Assembly: GCA_038087875.1 (NCBI GenBank) | Contig: CM075987.1 | Span: 18,230,001 to 18,294,000, forward strand | Direction of reading: 5' to 3' | Length of the DNA stretch: 64,000 bases | Origin: Malacoraja senta | Lineage: Eukaryota | In this document: positions 36,254 through 47,544 of the stretch, one piece after another | Layout: each line of letters starts with the position of its first letter | Position numbering within the stretch: position 1 is the first letter of the stretch | Notes under the pieces: generated by a model | Seen by the model: only the letters and a program-made list of their open reading frames with translations | Told to the model about the DNA's origin: nothing | The model's database searches: none | Translations under genes and position numbers: made by a program

Positions 36254-38507
36254 GGGATCTGGGGGTCCTTGTTCAGCAATCTATGAAAGTAAGCATGCAG
36301 GTACAGCAGGCAGTGAAGAAAGCGAATGGCATGTTGGCCTTTATAACAAGAGGAGATCAGTATAGGAGCAAAGAGGTCCTTCTGCAGTTGTACAGAGCCC
36401 TAGTTAGACCACACCTGGAGTATTGTGTGCAGTTTTGGTCCCCTAATTTGAGGAAGGACATTCTTGCTATTGAGGGTGTGCAGCGTAGATTTACAAGGTT
36501 TACAAGGTTAATACCCGGGATGGCGGGACTGTCATATGCTGAGAGAATGAAGCGGCTGGGCTTGTACACTCTGGAGTTTAGAAGGATGAGAGGGTATCTC
36601 ATTGAAACAAATAAGATTGTTAAGGGTTTGGACACGCTAGATGCAGGAAACATGGTCCCGATGTTGGGGGAGTCCAAAAAGGGCTATTTTTCAACATAAT
36701 TGTATAAGGGGTAAGAGTGTTGTAAAAACAAGCCTGAAGGTTTTGTGTCTCAATGCAAGGAGCATTAATAATAAGGTGGATGAGTTGAATGTGCAGATAG
36801 CTATTAATGACTATGATATAGTTGGGATCACGGAGACATGGCTCCAGGGTGACCAAGGCTGGGAGCTGAACATCCAGGGATATTCAATATACAGGAGGGA
36901 TAGACAGAAAGGAAAAGGAGGTGGGGTAACGTTGCTGGTTAGAGAGGAGATTAACGCAATAGAAAGGAAGAATATTAGCTTGGAGGATGTGGAATGTGGG
37001 TAGAGCTGCGAAACACTAAGGGGTAGAAAGCGCTAGTGGGAAATAGTGGATGCATCAGTAATAATTTTTCAAAACTCTTTAGATTCTGGAGTAGTTCCTG
37101 AGGATTGGAGGGTAGCTAATGTAACCCCACTTTTTAAAAAGGGAGGGAGAGAGAAAACGGGGAATTACAGACCAGTTAGTCTAACATCGGTAGTGGGGAA
37201 ACTGCTAGAGTCAGTTATTAAAGATGGGATAGCAGCACATTTTGAAAATGGTGAAATCATTGGACAAAGTCAGCATGGATTTATGAAAGGTAAATCATGT
37301 CTGACGAATCTTATAGAATTTTTCGAGGATGTAACTAGTAGAGTGGATAAGGGAGAACCAGTAGATGTGTTATATCTGGACTTTCAGAAGGCTTTCGACA
37401 AGGTCCCACATAAGACATTAGTATACAAACTTAAAGCACATGGTATTGGGCGTTCAGTATTGATGTGGATAGAGAACTGGCTGGCAAACAGGAAGCAAAG
37501 AGTAGGAGTAAACGGGTCCTTTTCAGAATGGCAGGCAGTGACTAGTGGGGTACCGCAAGGCTCAGTGCTGGGACCCCAGCTATTTACAATATATATTAAT
37601 GATTTGGACGAGGAAATTGAATGCAACTTCTCCAAATTTGCGGATGACACGAAGCTGGGGGGCAGTGTTAGCTGTGAGGAGGGTGCTAGGAGGCTGCAAG
37701 ATGACTTGGATAGGCTGGGTGAGTGCGCAAATGCATGGCAGATGCAGTATAATGTGGATAAATGTGGTGTTATCCACTTTGGTGGCAAAAACAGGAAAGT
37801 AGACTATTACCTGAATGGTGGCCGATTAGGAAAAGGGGAGATGCAACGAGACTTGGGTGTCATCGTACACCAGTCATTGAAAGTAGGCATGCAGGTGCAG
37901 CAGGTAGTGAAGAAAGCGAATGGTATGTTAGCATTCATAGCAAAAGCATTTTAGTATAGGAGCAGGGAGGTTCTACTGCAGTTGTACAGGGTCTTGGTGA
38001 GACAACACCTGGAGTGTTGCGTACAGTTTTGGTCTCTTAATCTGAGGAAGGACATTCTTGCCATAGAGGGAGCACAGAGAAGGTTCACCAGACTGATTCC
38101 TGGGATGGCAGGACTTTCATATTAAGAAAGACTGGATAGACTCGGCTTGTACTCGCTAGAATTTAGAAGATTGAGGGGGGATCTTATAGAAACTTACAAA
38201 ATTCTTAAGGGGTTGGGCAGGCTAGATGCAGGAAGATTGTTCCCGATGTTGGGGAAGTCCAGAACAAGGGCTCACCGTTTAAGGATAAAGGAGAAATCTT
38301 CTAGGATTGAGATGAGAAAAAAAAAATTTACACCAAGAGTGGTGAATCTCTGGAATTCTCTGCCACAGAATGTAGTTGAGGCCAGTTCATTGGCTATATT
38401 TAAGAGGGAGTTAGATGTGGCCCTTGTGGCTAAAGGGATGAGGGGGTATGGAGAGAAAGCAGGTACAGGATACTGAGTTGGATGATCAGCCATGATCATA
38501 TTGAATG
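36254..38507 (+). mobile_element. Adjacent CR1 fragments (RT end 36254-36675; APE start fused by deletion to RT 36676-38507)
   Basis: ORFs 36283-36699, 36641-37003, 37046-37954 and 38147-38476 with CR1 motifs. Confidence 0.92.
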
Positions 38508-39498
38508 GTAGAGATAACTAGAACCATGAGAGATAAAAGGGAGATCTCAGAAACACAGAGGTTTTGGATGATCGCTTTCCCCATGTATGGGAGAGCCAAG
38601 TCAGCTAGGGAGTTGCTCAATATGGCCTCTGCCATAGAAGCAATGGCAAATGCAACTGTCGGAGCCCTAACAGATGCAAAGACAGCCATGATATCTCTTT
38701 CAGCCAAAATGGTTGCCATCCGCACTATGGTCTTGCAAAATCGTGGGACATTAGACTTTATCTTGGCAGAAAAAGGGGGCACCTGTGCTATAATAGAACA
38801 AGAGTGTTGCACCTATATCCCTGATAGATCCTCTAATATCACTGACCTAGCTGCTCACATTTCCCTTGAAATTAAACAGATCCGTAAGGTTAGCAGTGAC
38901 ATGCATGGATATAGATTAGAATAGAAAATAGGTGCAGGAGGAGGCCATTCGGGCCGTTGAGCCAGCACCGCCATTCATTGTGATCATGGCTGATCGTCCC
39001 CAATCAATAACCCGTGCCTGCCTTCTCCCCATATCCCTTGATTCCACTAGCCCCTAGAGCTCTATCCAACTCTCTCTTAAATCCATCCAGTGATTTGGCC
39101 TCCACTGCCCTCTGTGGCTGGGAATTCCACAAATTCACAACACTGCGTGAAAAAGTTTTGTTCTCACGTCAGTCTTAAATGACCTCCCCTTTATTCTAAG
39201 ACTGGCCCCTGGTTCTGGACTCACCCAACATTGGGAACATTTTTCCTGCATCTAGCTTATCCAGTCCTTTTATAATTTTATATATTTCTATAAGATCCCC
39301 CTCATCCTTCTAAACTCCAGTGAATACAAGCCTAGTCTTTTCAATCATATGGTAAGGAATATGGGAACTGGTGGCCTTTCAATTGGGTCGGTGGAATTTG
39401 GGGTACCCTGATACATTATGGCTTCATCTCTCTTGATCATTGCTCTAATTGTCATCATTAAATGCTTGCGACCATTGTGTAAATACCGAGGACTGTGA
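38508..39498 (+). pseudogene. env: ERV env transmembrane subunit (gamma-type), split by a CR1 at 38913-39343
   Basis: Furin site RDKR, heptad region, immunosuppressive motif LQNRGTLDFILAEKGG, CX6CC (CAIIEQECC); resumes with WWPFNWVGGIWG and hydrophobic anchor LIIALIVIIKC, stop 39496-39498. Confidence 0.92.
38913..39343 (-). mobile_element. CR1 3' fragment inside env
   Basis: CR1 tail and RT end on the minus strand. Confidence 0.9.
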
Positions 39499-39519
39499 AG
39501 GTTATGATCACAATGTGAT

Positions 39520-40448
39520 AAAGAGGAGGGAATGAAAGACAATCGGTGCAGGTGTAGGCCATTCGGCCCTTTGAGCCAGCACCGCCATTCAATGTGATCA
39601 TGGCTGATCATCCCCAATCAGTACCCCATTCCTTTTCCCCATATCCCCTGACTCCACTATCTTTAAGAGCCCTATCCAGCTCTCTCTTGAAAGCATCCAG
39701 AAAACCTGCCTCCACCGCCTCTGAGGCAGAGAATTCCACACACTCACAACTCTCTGTGAGAAAAAGTGTTTCCTCATCCCCGTTCTAAAAGGCTTACTCC
39801 TTATTCTTAAACTGTGGCCCCTGGTTCTGGTTCAATTCAAAGTCAAGTAATTTAGTCAAGTTTGGTTCGTAAATCAAAAATGGAGATTTGCTGAACAACA
39901 GAAAGCAGTCAAATTTAAAAGAGAATTTTCCCAGCAGAATAAAGTCTTGGAAAAGCTTGGTTTATATTAATCATTGAAACGATGTATTAACATAGAGATG
40001 TATTGTATGGGCACAGCACCATATTTGATAACTGTTTGAACTGCCTGTTCTAGCTAAGTACAAGGTAGTGGCTTTCATCCAAGTCTTACAAGCTTGTTTT
40101 AGTTCACAGACGGATGCCCATTCTGGAACCAAGATGGAAGTCATTTGAAAACAAAATGGACATAGTTATCCTTCCGGAATGGGCAGCTGTACTGAAGCTG
40201 TGCCAAGATTTGAGAATAAGGCTGACATTGCAAATATATGGGTCCAGCCTCCCTTGTTTCCCTTAGGCTACAGATTTTTCACTCAGATTTAGGTGTGTTT
40301 TATTGATAAGAAAATGTATAATTACACTAACTTTCCTTTGTTCTTTGAGTGGAGCCCGAGAAGCACTGAGCAACGTGTGTGCTCTTTGTAGATCTCGCCA
40401 CTCCCGTCTGACAAATTGATGAAAGATTGCTGTAGTTTACCTTTAACA
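39520..40448 (+). mobile_element. Polypurine tract plus ERV 3' LTR (interrupted by a CR1 tail at about 39537-39830)
   Basis: AAAGAGGAGGGAA (39520-39532) then TGAAAGA; homology to the two LTR copies at 3310-3484 and 3891-4433; TGTATAAT box near 40315. Confidence 0.8.
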
Positions 40449-40581
40449 ATTTTAACCATATAATAACAATAATCATATAACAATTACATCACGGAAACAG
40501 GCCATCTCGGCCCTTCTAGTCCGTGCCGAACACTTGGACTAGAAGGGCCAAGATGGCCTGTTTAGTGCTGTAATTGTTATT

Positions 40582-42140
40582 TTGTTGCTGTCTGCTTTCT
40601 TGCCGGCAGAAGCCGACACCTTTACAGTAATTGACCTATGTTCGGCCTTTTTCTCCATACCCCTGCATAAAGACAACCAGTTCCTGCTTGCTTTTACCTG
40701 GAACAATCTACAATGCATCTGGATTAGGCTGCCTCAGGGGTATACTGAAAGCCCGGCCGTATATGCAGCAGCAGTGAAAAATGATCTGAAGGAATGTCAA
40801 TTATCAGAGAGGTCTACTTTGATCCAGTATGTTGATGAGCTTTTGGTAGCCTCTGTGACAGGTCCTGATTATAAAGAATTCATTAAATTGCTGCAACATT
40901 TGGCAGGAAGAGGGCATAAACTATCCCTGGGAAAATTACAGTTCTACCAGCCTAGTGTACAGTATCTGGGATTCCAGCTGCAGGAAGGCAGGAGACTTGG
41001 AAGTGAGAGAGTAAAAGCAATGGAGAACGTCCAGGTCCCAAAGACAAAGAAGGACATTCTCTCCATCTTAGGCATGGTGGGTTACTGCAGACAATGGATC
41101 CATGACTACAGGGAACTAAATGCAGCATTGTGTTCAGCTACCTTGCAGACTGAGTCCTTCAGAGTAGAATGGACTGCAGAAAGAGACCAGGTGTTTAGAA
41201 ATCTAAAGAACACTTTGGTTACTGCCCCGGTGCTGGGATTGCCAAATTATAAAATTCCCTTTCAACTCTATGTAAATGAATCAAATGGGTTTGCAACTGG
41301 GGTCCTGTCTCAAGAACACGGAGGGGGAAAAAGACCGGTAGCCTATTATTCCGTGGCTTTACCAGCTGTAGTAAATGGCATGCCAGCCTGCTTGCGAGTT
41401 GTAGCGGTGACGGCTACATTGATAGAAAAATCAATCCCCATCGTTCTTGATCACCCGTGTGTAGTGATTGTTCCTCATGCCGTGATGTTATTATTGAATT
41501 CACCAGCGACACATCATTTCACAGCCGCTAGAAGAAGCGGATATGAAGTTATCCTTTTATCACATCTGAACTATACTTATCAATGATCACCTGCTGTAAA
41601 CACAGCTACCTTTGTACCACTGCCAGAAGAAGATTGTGACCATGATTGTCTATTGCTTGTAGAAACTGCTGCCACTCCCCGGCTGGACTTGCAGAGTTAT
41701 CCGATTGATAATCCTGACCTGGTCCTATTTACTGATGGCTCTTCACACCGACCTAGTGATAACAGAATATTACCAGGATATGTAGTGGTCACACCACACC
41801 AAGTGCTGGAGGCGTATGCTTTACCATCCGGAACGTCTGCTCAGGCAGCTGAGTTGTATGCCCTGACTCGTGCCTGCATATTGGCAAAAGATAAAAGTGC
41901 TAATATCTACACCGATTCTTGCTATGCATTTGGGGTTGCACATGGCTTTGGGCAGTTATGGAAAAATAGAGGATTTATCACATCAACAGGAAAGACTATT
42001 AAGCATGATATACTGGCCTTACATTTATTGGATGCTATCCAATTCCCACAGCAAATTGCAGTTATTAAATATGAGGCTCACATCATCGGATGATGATTTA
42101 TCAAAGGGAAACAGATCAGCTGATTATGTAGCCAAACAGA
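40582..42140 (+). mobile_element. ERV pol fragment 2 (RT, tether, RNase H), defective
   Basis: FTVIDLCSAFFSIPL, RLPQGYTESP, IQYVDELL, LFTDGSS, SAQAAELYALTRAC, NIYTDS. Confidence 0.92.
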
Positions 42141-42339
42141 TGGTACCCGGACGGGAGGCTGAAGGACGAGAAGCCGAAACTAATTCGTCATTCCTCTGTC
42201 TTCTCATTGGCGAAGGCGACAGGATTAATCCAGACTCACCGTCTCCCGTCCCCCAGTTATTACATAGTCCCCCCATTTCAGGGCACCATAATGTTAGGGA
42301 CACAGCAATGTCATGTCAATGAAAGTAGTCATATTTAGT

Positions 42340-43510
42340 ATTTTGTTGCATATCCTTTGCATTGCTTGAAGTCTGCGATTCATGGACATCAGCAGTTGAG
42401 TTGCTGGGTGTGGAAATGTGGGCCGTTATCAGAACTTTTAACAGAGGGTAGCCCGAATCTTGGAATAATTTCTCTTAACAATAATGTTACAGTCGTTTCA
42501 GCTTTATTATTAGTGGTTGGTAGAGCTTCAATCCATCTACTAAATAAATCCAGTATAACTAAGCATTGTAGCATTGAGCCTTTGGCATTTCAATAAAATC
42601 AATCTGAATGCACGTGCTGGCATTGATGTTACCCCAGGGGGTATTTTAATGGGTTTGCCCAGGATTACCTTTCTGGCGAATCCTTCATTCGGAGGCCTGT
42701 TTTAGAGCTTCCTGACGAATTTTTGGATGCCACCATGTCTCCTTTGTCATCCTAATCATTACCCCTTTCCAGAATGTGTGAGGGAGTGTATATAGGTTAG
42801 GAGTGTGGGTAAGAATGCATCGGGTACACAAACTTGTCCAAGTGGGGTTAGCCAAAGTCCTGTGGTGGAATCAATGGCGCAACCCTCTTGTTTCCATTTT
42901 TGTTTTTCATGTTCAGAGGCATGTAATTCTTTAACCTCCCTCATGTCTGGCAAGACCGTTCTATTTACTAGCACTGTACTCCCTGGGGGCACCCGGTTAT
43001 GTGATCTATGGGCTGCATCCTTGGCGATCTGATCTGCGTGTGCTCCCATATGGGCATTGGATTTTATAATAGCCAATTGCTTCGGTAGCTTAAGTGCCTT
43101 TCAAAAGTTGCTTACAAAAAAGGCATTCTTAATCAGGGTGCCTGCGGCTGTGCGAAATCCTCTGTGTTGCCAAAGTGCTCAAAAATCGTGGGCTACTCCG
43201 AAAGCATACCTAGAGACCGTATAGATATTAGTGCATTTGTTCTCAGCTAATATACATGCTCTTGTCAGTGCAAATAATTCAGCCTGCTGTGCTGACAGAG
43301 GGTTTTGGAATCGTCCTTCTTCTAGGACCATCTGTGATTAATTTACAATGGAATAGCCTGAGGCTCGTTTACCTGCTTCAGGTACAACCATGGAAGAGCC
43401 ATCCACAAACCATTTAGACTGGACGTCTACTAATGGTACATCAGAAAGTCCGTCTCTGATATTGGGCAGAATGTTGTTGGCTTGTTCGCAATCATGCGAA
43501 GGGTCTTTGC
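42340..43510 (-). mobile_element. ERV pol fragment 3 (RNase H and integrase), defective, opposite strand
   Basis: WFVDGSS, HSLTHSGKG (IN zinc-binding HH), DLFSRWIEALPT, EIIPRFGLP..SSDNGPHF. Confidence 0.9.
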
Positions 43511-44540
43511 AGACAATAGGTGCAGGAGCAGGCCATTTGGCCCATCGAGCCAGCACCGCCATTCAATGTGATCACGGCTGATCATCCCCAATCAGTACCC
43601 TGTTCCGGCCTTCTCCCCATATCCCCTGACTCCGCTATTTTTAAAAGCCCTATCTAGCTCTCTCTTGAAAGCATCCAGAGAACCTGCCTCCACTGCCTTC
43701 TGAGGCAGAGAATTCCAGACTTCAACAACTCTCCGTGAGAAAAAGTGTTTCCTCATCTCCGTTCTAAATGGCTTACTCCTTATTCTTAAACTGTGGCCCC
43801 TGGTTCTGGACTTGCCCAACATTGGGAACATTTTTCCTGCATCTAGCTTGTCCAGTCCTTTTATAATTGTATATGTTTCTCTAAGATCCCCCCTCATCCT
43901 AAACTCCAGTGAATACAAGCCTATTCTTTTCAATCTTTCCTCATATGACAGTCCCGCCATCCCAAGGATCAATCTCGTGAACCTACGCTGCGCTGCCTCA
44001 ATCACAAGGAAGTCCTTCCTCAAATTAGGAGACCAAACTGTACACAATACTCCAGATGTGGTCTCACCAGTCCTATACAACTGCAGAAGAACCTCTTTAC
44101 TCCTATACTGAAATCCTCTTGTTATGAAGGCCAACATCCCATTAGCTTTCTTCACTGCCTGCTGTACCTGTAAGCCAACTTCCAAAAGCACACAAGCTTC
44201 TTGGCCAGATTTATGAATCTGAAGGTGACATTGAAAAAGCCATTGGTTGTTATAAGCGAGTGTACAAGGACGCCCCGGTCTCGCTGCACCTCCCCCTTAC
44301 CCAACCTAACCCCATTGAGATAATAATCTGCCCCCTTGTTTTTGCCGCCAAAGTGGATAACCTCACATTTATCTATATTATACTGCATCTGCCACGCATC
44401 TGCCCACTCACTCAACATGTCCAGGTCACCCTGCAACCTCCTAACATCCTCTTCACAGCTCACACTGCCACCCAGCTTTGTGTCATCCGCAAACTTGCTA
44501 GTGTTGCTCCTAATTCCTTCTGACAAATCATTAATATATA
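43511..44540 (-). mobile_element. CR1 3' fragment carrying a foreign 78-bp insert
   Basis: ORFs 43592-44191 and 44152-44526 with CR1 RT motifs. Confidence 0.9.
44182..44259 (+). pseudogene. RANBP2: Captured RANBP2-like (Nup358 N-terminal TPR) coding fragment
   Basis: Translates PKAHKLLGQIYESEGDIEKAIGCYKR, which aligns without gaps to vertebrate RANBP2 (human, from memory: PKAHRFLGLLYELEENTDKAVECYRR); absent from other CR1 copies in the window. Confidence 0.75.
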
Positions 44541-45755
44541 TGGATGTGTTGTATCTGGACTTTCAGAAGGCTTTCGACAAGGTACCACATAAGAGATTAG
44601 GATACAAACTTAAATCACACGGTATTGGGGGTTCAGTATTGATGTGGATAGAGAACTGGCTGGCAAACAGGAAGCAAAGAGTAGGAGTAAACGGGTCCTT
44701 TTCACAATGGCAGGCAGTGACTAGTGGGGTACCGCAAGGCTCAGTGCTGGGACCCCAGCTATTTACAATTTATATTAATGATCTGGACGAGGGAATTGAA
44801 AGCAACATCTCCAAGTTTGCGGATGACACTAAGCTGGGGGGCAGTGTTAGCTGTGAGGAGGATGCTAGGAGACTGCAAGGTGACTTGGATAGGCTGGGTG
44901 AGTGGGCAAATGTTTGGCAGATGCAGTATAATGTGGATAAATGTGAGGTTATTCACTTTGGTGGCAAAAACGGGAAGGCAGACTATTATCTAAATGGTGG
45001 CCGATTAGGAAATGGGGAGATGCAGCGAGACCTGGGTGTCATGGTACACCAGTCATTGAAAGTAGGCATGCAGGTGCAGCAGGCAGTGAAGAAAGCGAAT
45101 GGTATGTTGGCCTTCATAGCAAGAGGATTTGAGTATAGGAGCAGGGAGGTTCTACTGCAGTTGTACAGGGTCTTGGTGAGACCACACCTGGAGTATTGCG
45201 TACAGTTTTGGTCTCCAAATCTGAGGAAGGACATTATAGCCATAGAGGGAGTGCAGAGAAGGTTCACCAGACTGATTCCTGGGATGTCAGGACTTTCATG
45301 TGAAGAAAGACTGGATAGACTTGGCTTATACTCGCTAGAATTTAGGAGATTGAGAGGGGATCTTATAGAAACGTACAAAATTCTTATGGGGTTGGACAGC
45401 CTAGATGCAGGAAGATTGTTCCCGATGTTGGGGAAGTCCAGGACAAGGGGTCACAGCTTAAGGATAAGGGGGAAATCCTTTAAGACCGAGATGAGGAAAA
45501 ACTTTTTCACACAGAGAGTGGTGAATCTCTGGAACTCTCTGCCACAGAGGGTAGTTGAGGCCAGTTCATTGGCTATATTTAAGAGGGAGTTAGATGTGGC
45601 CCTTGTGGGTAAAGGGATCAGGGGGTATGGAGAGTAGGCAGGTACGGGATACTGAGTTGGATGATCAGCCATGATCATATTGAATGGCAGTGCAGGCTCG
45701 AAGGGCCGAATGGCCTACTCCTGCACCTATTTTCTATGTATCTATGTATCTATGT
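44541..45755 (+). mobile_element. 5'-truncated CR1 (RT open to near its end) with tail
   Basis: DVLYLDFQKAFDKVPH...GIRGYGE*, then (TCTATGTA)n tail. Confidence 0.95.
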
Positions 45756-46230
45756 CTCATATCTTCAAGATGTAGCGTCTCAGACATGCTTGTGATCCAC
45801 ATTTTAAGAGTTAGGGTGGATGCATTTTTCCAAAATTTAAGTATACTTTTTTTTGGCATTATCAGGCCATAATTGAGAAAACGTCTTTGAAATATTGATA
45901 GCTCAGAGCAGGCTCATGTTGTTCCAAAAAAATCAATTCTGTATGGGGGTCCAGATTTGTTTTTAATAATTTTGAGAAGATTTTAAAGATTCCTTTCCAA
46001 AATTTATGGAGTTTTATGCAAGAGGCAAAGGAGTGTGTTATAGTTGCTTCTTGAGATAGACATTTGTCGCAGATAGGAGATACGTTTGGAAATTTTTTGT
46101 TCAATTTAGTTTTTGAGTAATATAGTCTGTGTAGTATTTTAAGTTTGATTAGAATATGTCTTACATTAATCGAACAATTATGTATATATAGGAGATATTT
46201 TTCCCATCTGTCTTTCGACTAAATATTTCT
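45756..46230 (-). mobile_element. L1-clade ORF2 cysteine-rich fragment
   Basis: KILHRLYYSKTKLNKKFPNVSPICDKC...HSFASC...FW. Confidence 0.8.
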
Positions 46231-47460
46231 ACGTGGTTGGCGCGCTGAACCAAGAAACCGCCGCCCGATTGATTCCGTACCTTCAACATCCGCCTGCCGA
46301 CAACAAGTGTGAGGGGCTTAAGGCACTTTCGGGCTCAGCCGCCGCGATCGAGTCACCAGGATCCTGCACATGGATGCCATCAGTGACCACATGTCGGTGC
46401 TGATGAGCGAGATGCTGTCGCTAACGGACGGTAACCGGCCTTTCTCCTCTTCGAGCAGGCTTTCCTCGAGCAGATGCCCGACGACATTGAAACATAGAAA
46501 CTAGGTGCATGAGGCCATTCGGCCCTTCGAGCCAGCATTCATTGTGATCATGGCTGATCATCCCCTATCAATAATCCGTGCCTGCCTTCTCCCCATATCC
46601 CTTGACTCCACTAGCCCCTAGAGCTCTATCTAACTCTCTCTTAAATCCATCCAGTGACTTGGGCTCCACAGCCCTCTGTGGCAGGGAATTCCATAAATTC
46701 ACAACTCTCTGGGTGAAAACGTTTTTTCTCACCTCAGTCTTAAACGACCTCCCCTTTATTCTAAGACTGTGGCCCCTGGTTCTGGACTTGCCCAACATTG
46801 GGAACATTTTTCCTGCATCTAGCTTGTCTAGTCCTTTTATAATTTTATATGTTTTTATTAGATTCCCCCTCATCCTTCTAAACTCCAGTGAATACAAGCC
46901 TAGTCTTTTCAATCTTTCCTCATGACAGTCCCGCCATCCCAGGGATCAATCTTGTGAACCTACGCTGCACTGCCTCAATCACAAGGATGTCCTTCCTCAA
47001 ATTAGGAGACCAAAACTGTACACAATACTCCAGATGTGGTCTCACCAGAGCCCTATACAACTGCAGAAGAACCCTTTACTCATGTACTGAAATCCTCTTG
47101 TTATGAAGGCCAACATTCCATTAGCTTTCTTCACTGCCTGCTGTACCTGTAAGCCAACTTTCAGTGACTGGTGTACAAGGACGCCCAGGTCTCGCTGCAC
47201 CTCCCCCTTACCTAACCTAACCCCATTGAGATAATAATCTGCCCCCTTATTTTTGCCTCCAAAGTGGATAACCTCACATTTATCTATATTATACTGCATA
47301 CGGGCTGCATACGGGATCCGCCTGCTCCTCGCTGCTAGCGACTTCGCCGACCCGCTGCAACTCGCCGAGCAAGCGGACGAGCTGTGCCTCGCCAAGCAAC
47401 AAGATGGCCCTGGAGCGGGTGGAACAGCGTCCGGGCGGTGAGTTTCAAAACGGAGCGCGG
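46231..47460 (+). mobile_element. Ty3/Gypsy-type gag remnant (46231-46488 and 47300-47460) split by a CR1
   Basis: VVGALNQETAARL..YLQHPPADNK, LMSEMLSL, LFEQAFLEQMPDDI|RLLLAASDFADPLQLAEQADEL. Confidence 0.7.
46489..47298 (-). mobile_element. CR1 3' fragment
   Basis: ORF 46568-46912 and CR1 tail. Confidence 0.92.
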
Positions 47461-47544
47461 GGCTTTGTTCCACAGAGGTCCAGGAGCGGCTGGTGCAGCG
47501 TTGCCCACTCTGCAACATTCCATCACACTTCAAAACAAGTGGTC

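Noticed and set aside
38505..38924. Domesticated syncytin-like env gene
   Set aside because: SU is missing, the ATG is supplied by a CR1 tail, and TM is interrupted by a CR1 and a frameshift.
39531..39540. Exact match to the MLV U3 start AATGAAAGAC
   Set aside because: The final bases overlap the inserted CR1 tail and the other LTR copies read TGAAAGAG; too short to imply relationship to MLV.
40449..40595. Primer-binding site after the LTR (TGTTGCTGT resembling tRNA-His TGGTGCCGT)
   Set aside because: It lacks the initial TGG, similar T/GT-rich sequence follows all three LTR copies (more likely a U5 downstream element), and it overlaps the pol LLS codons.
42255..42340. Possible Tc1/mariner subterminal fragment between the convergent pol pieces
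   Set aside because: Short resemblance only; no TIR pair or TA duplication could be established.
44336..45637. 433-aa ORF as an intact RT gene
   Set aside because: A chimera of an antisense CR1 piece and a 5'-truncated sense CR1; no endonuclease or true start.
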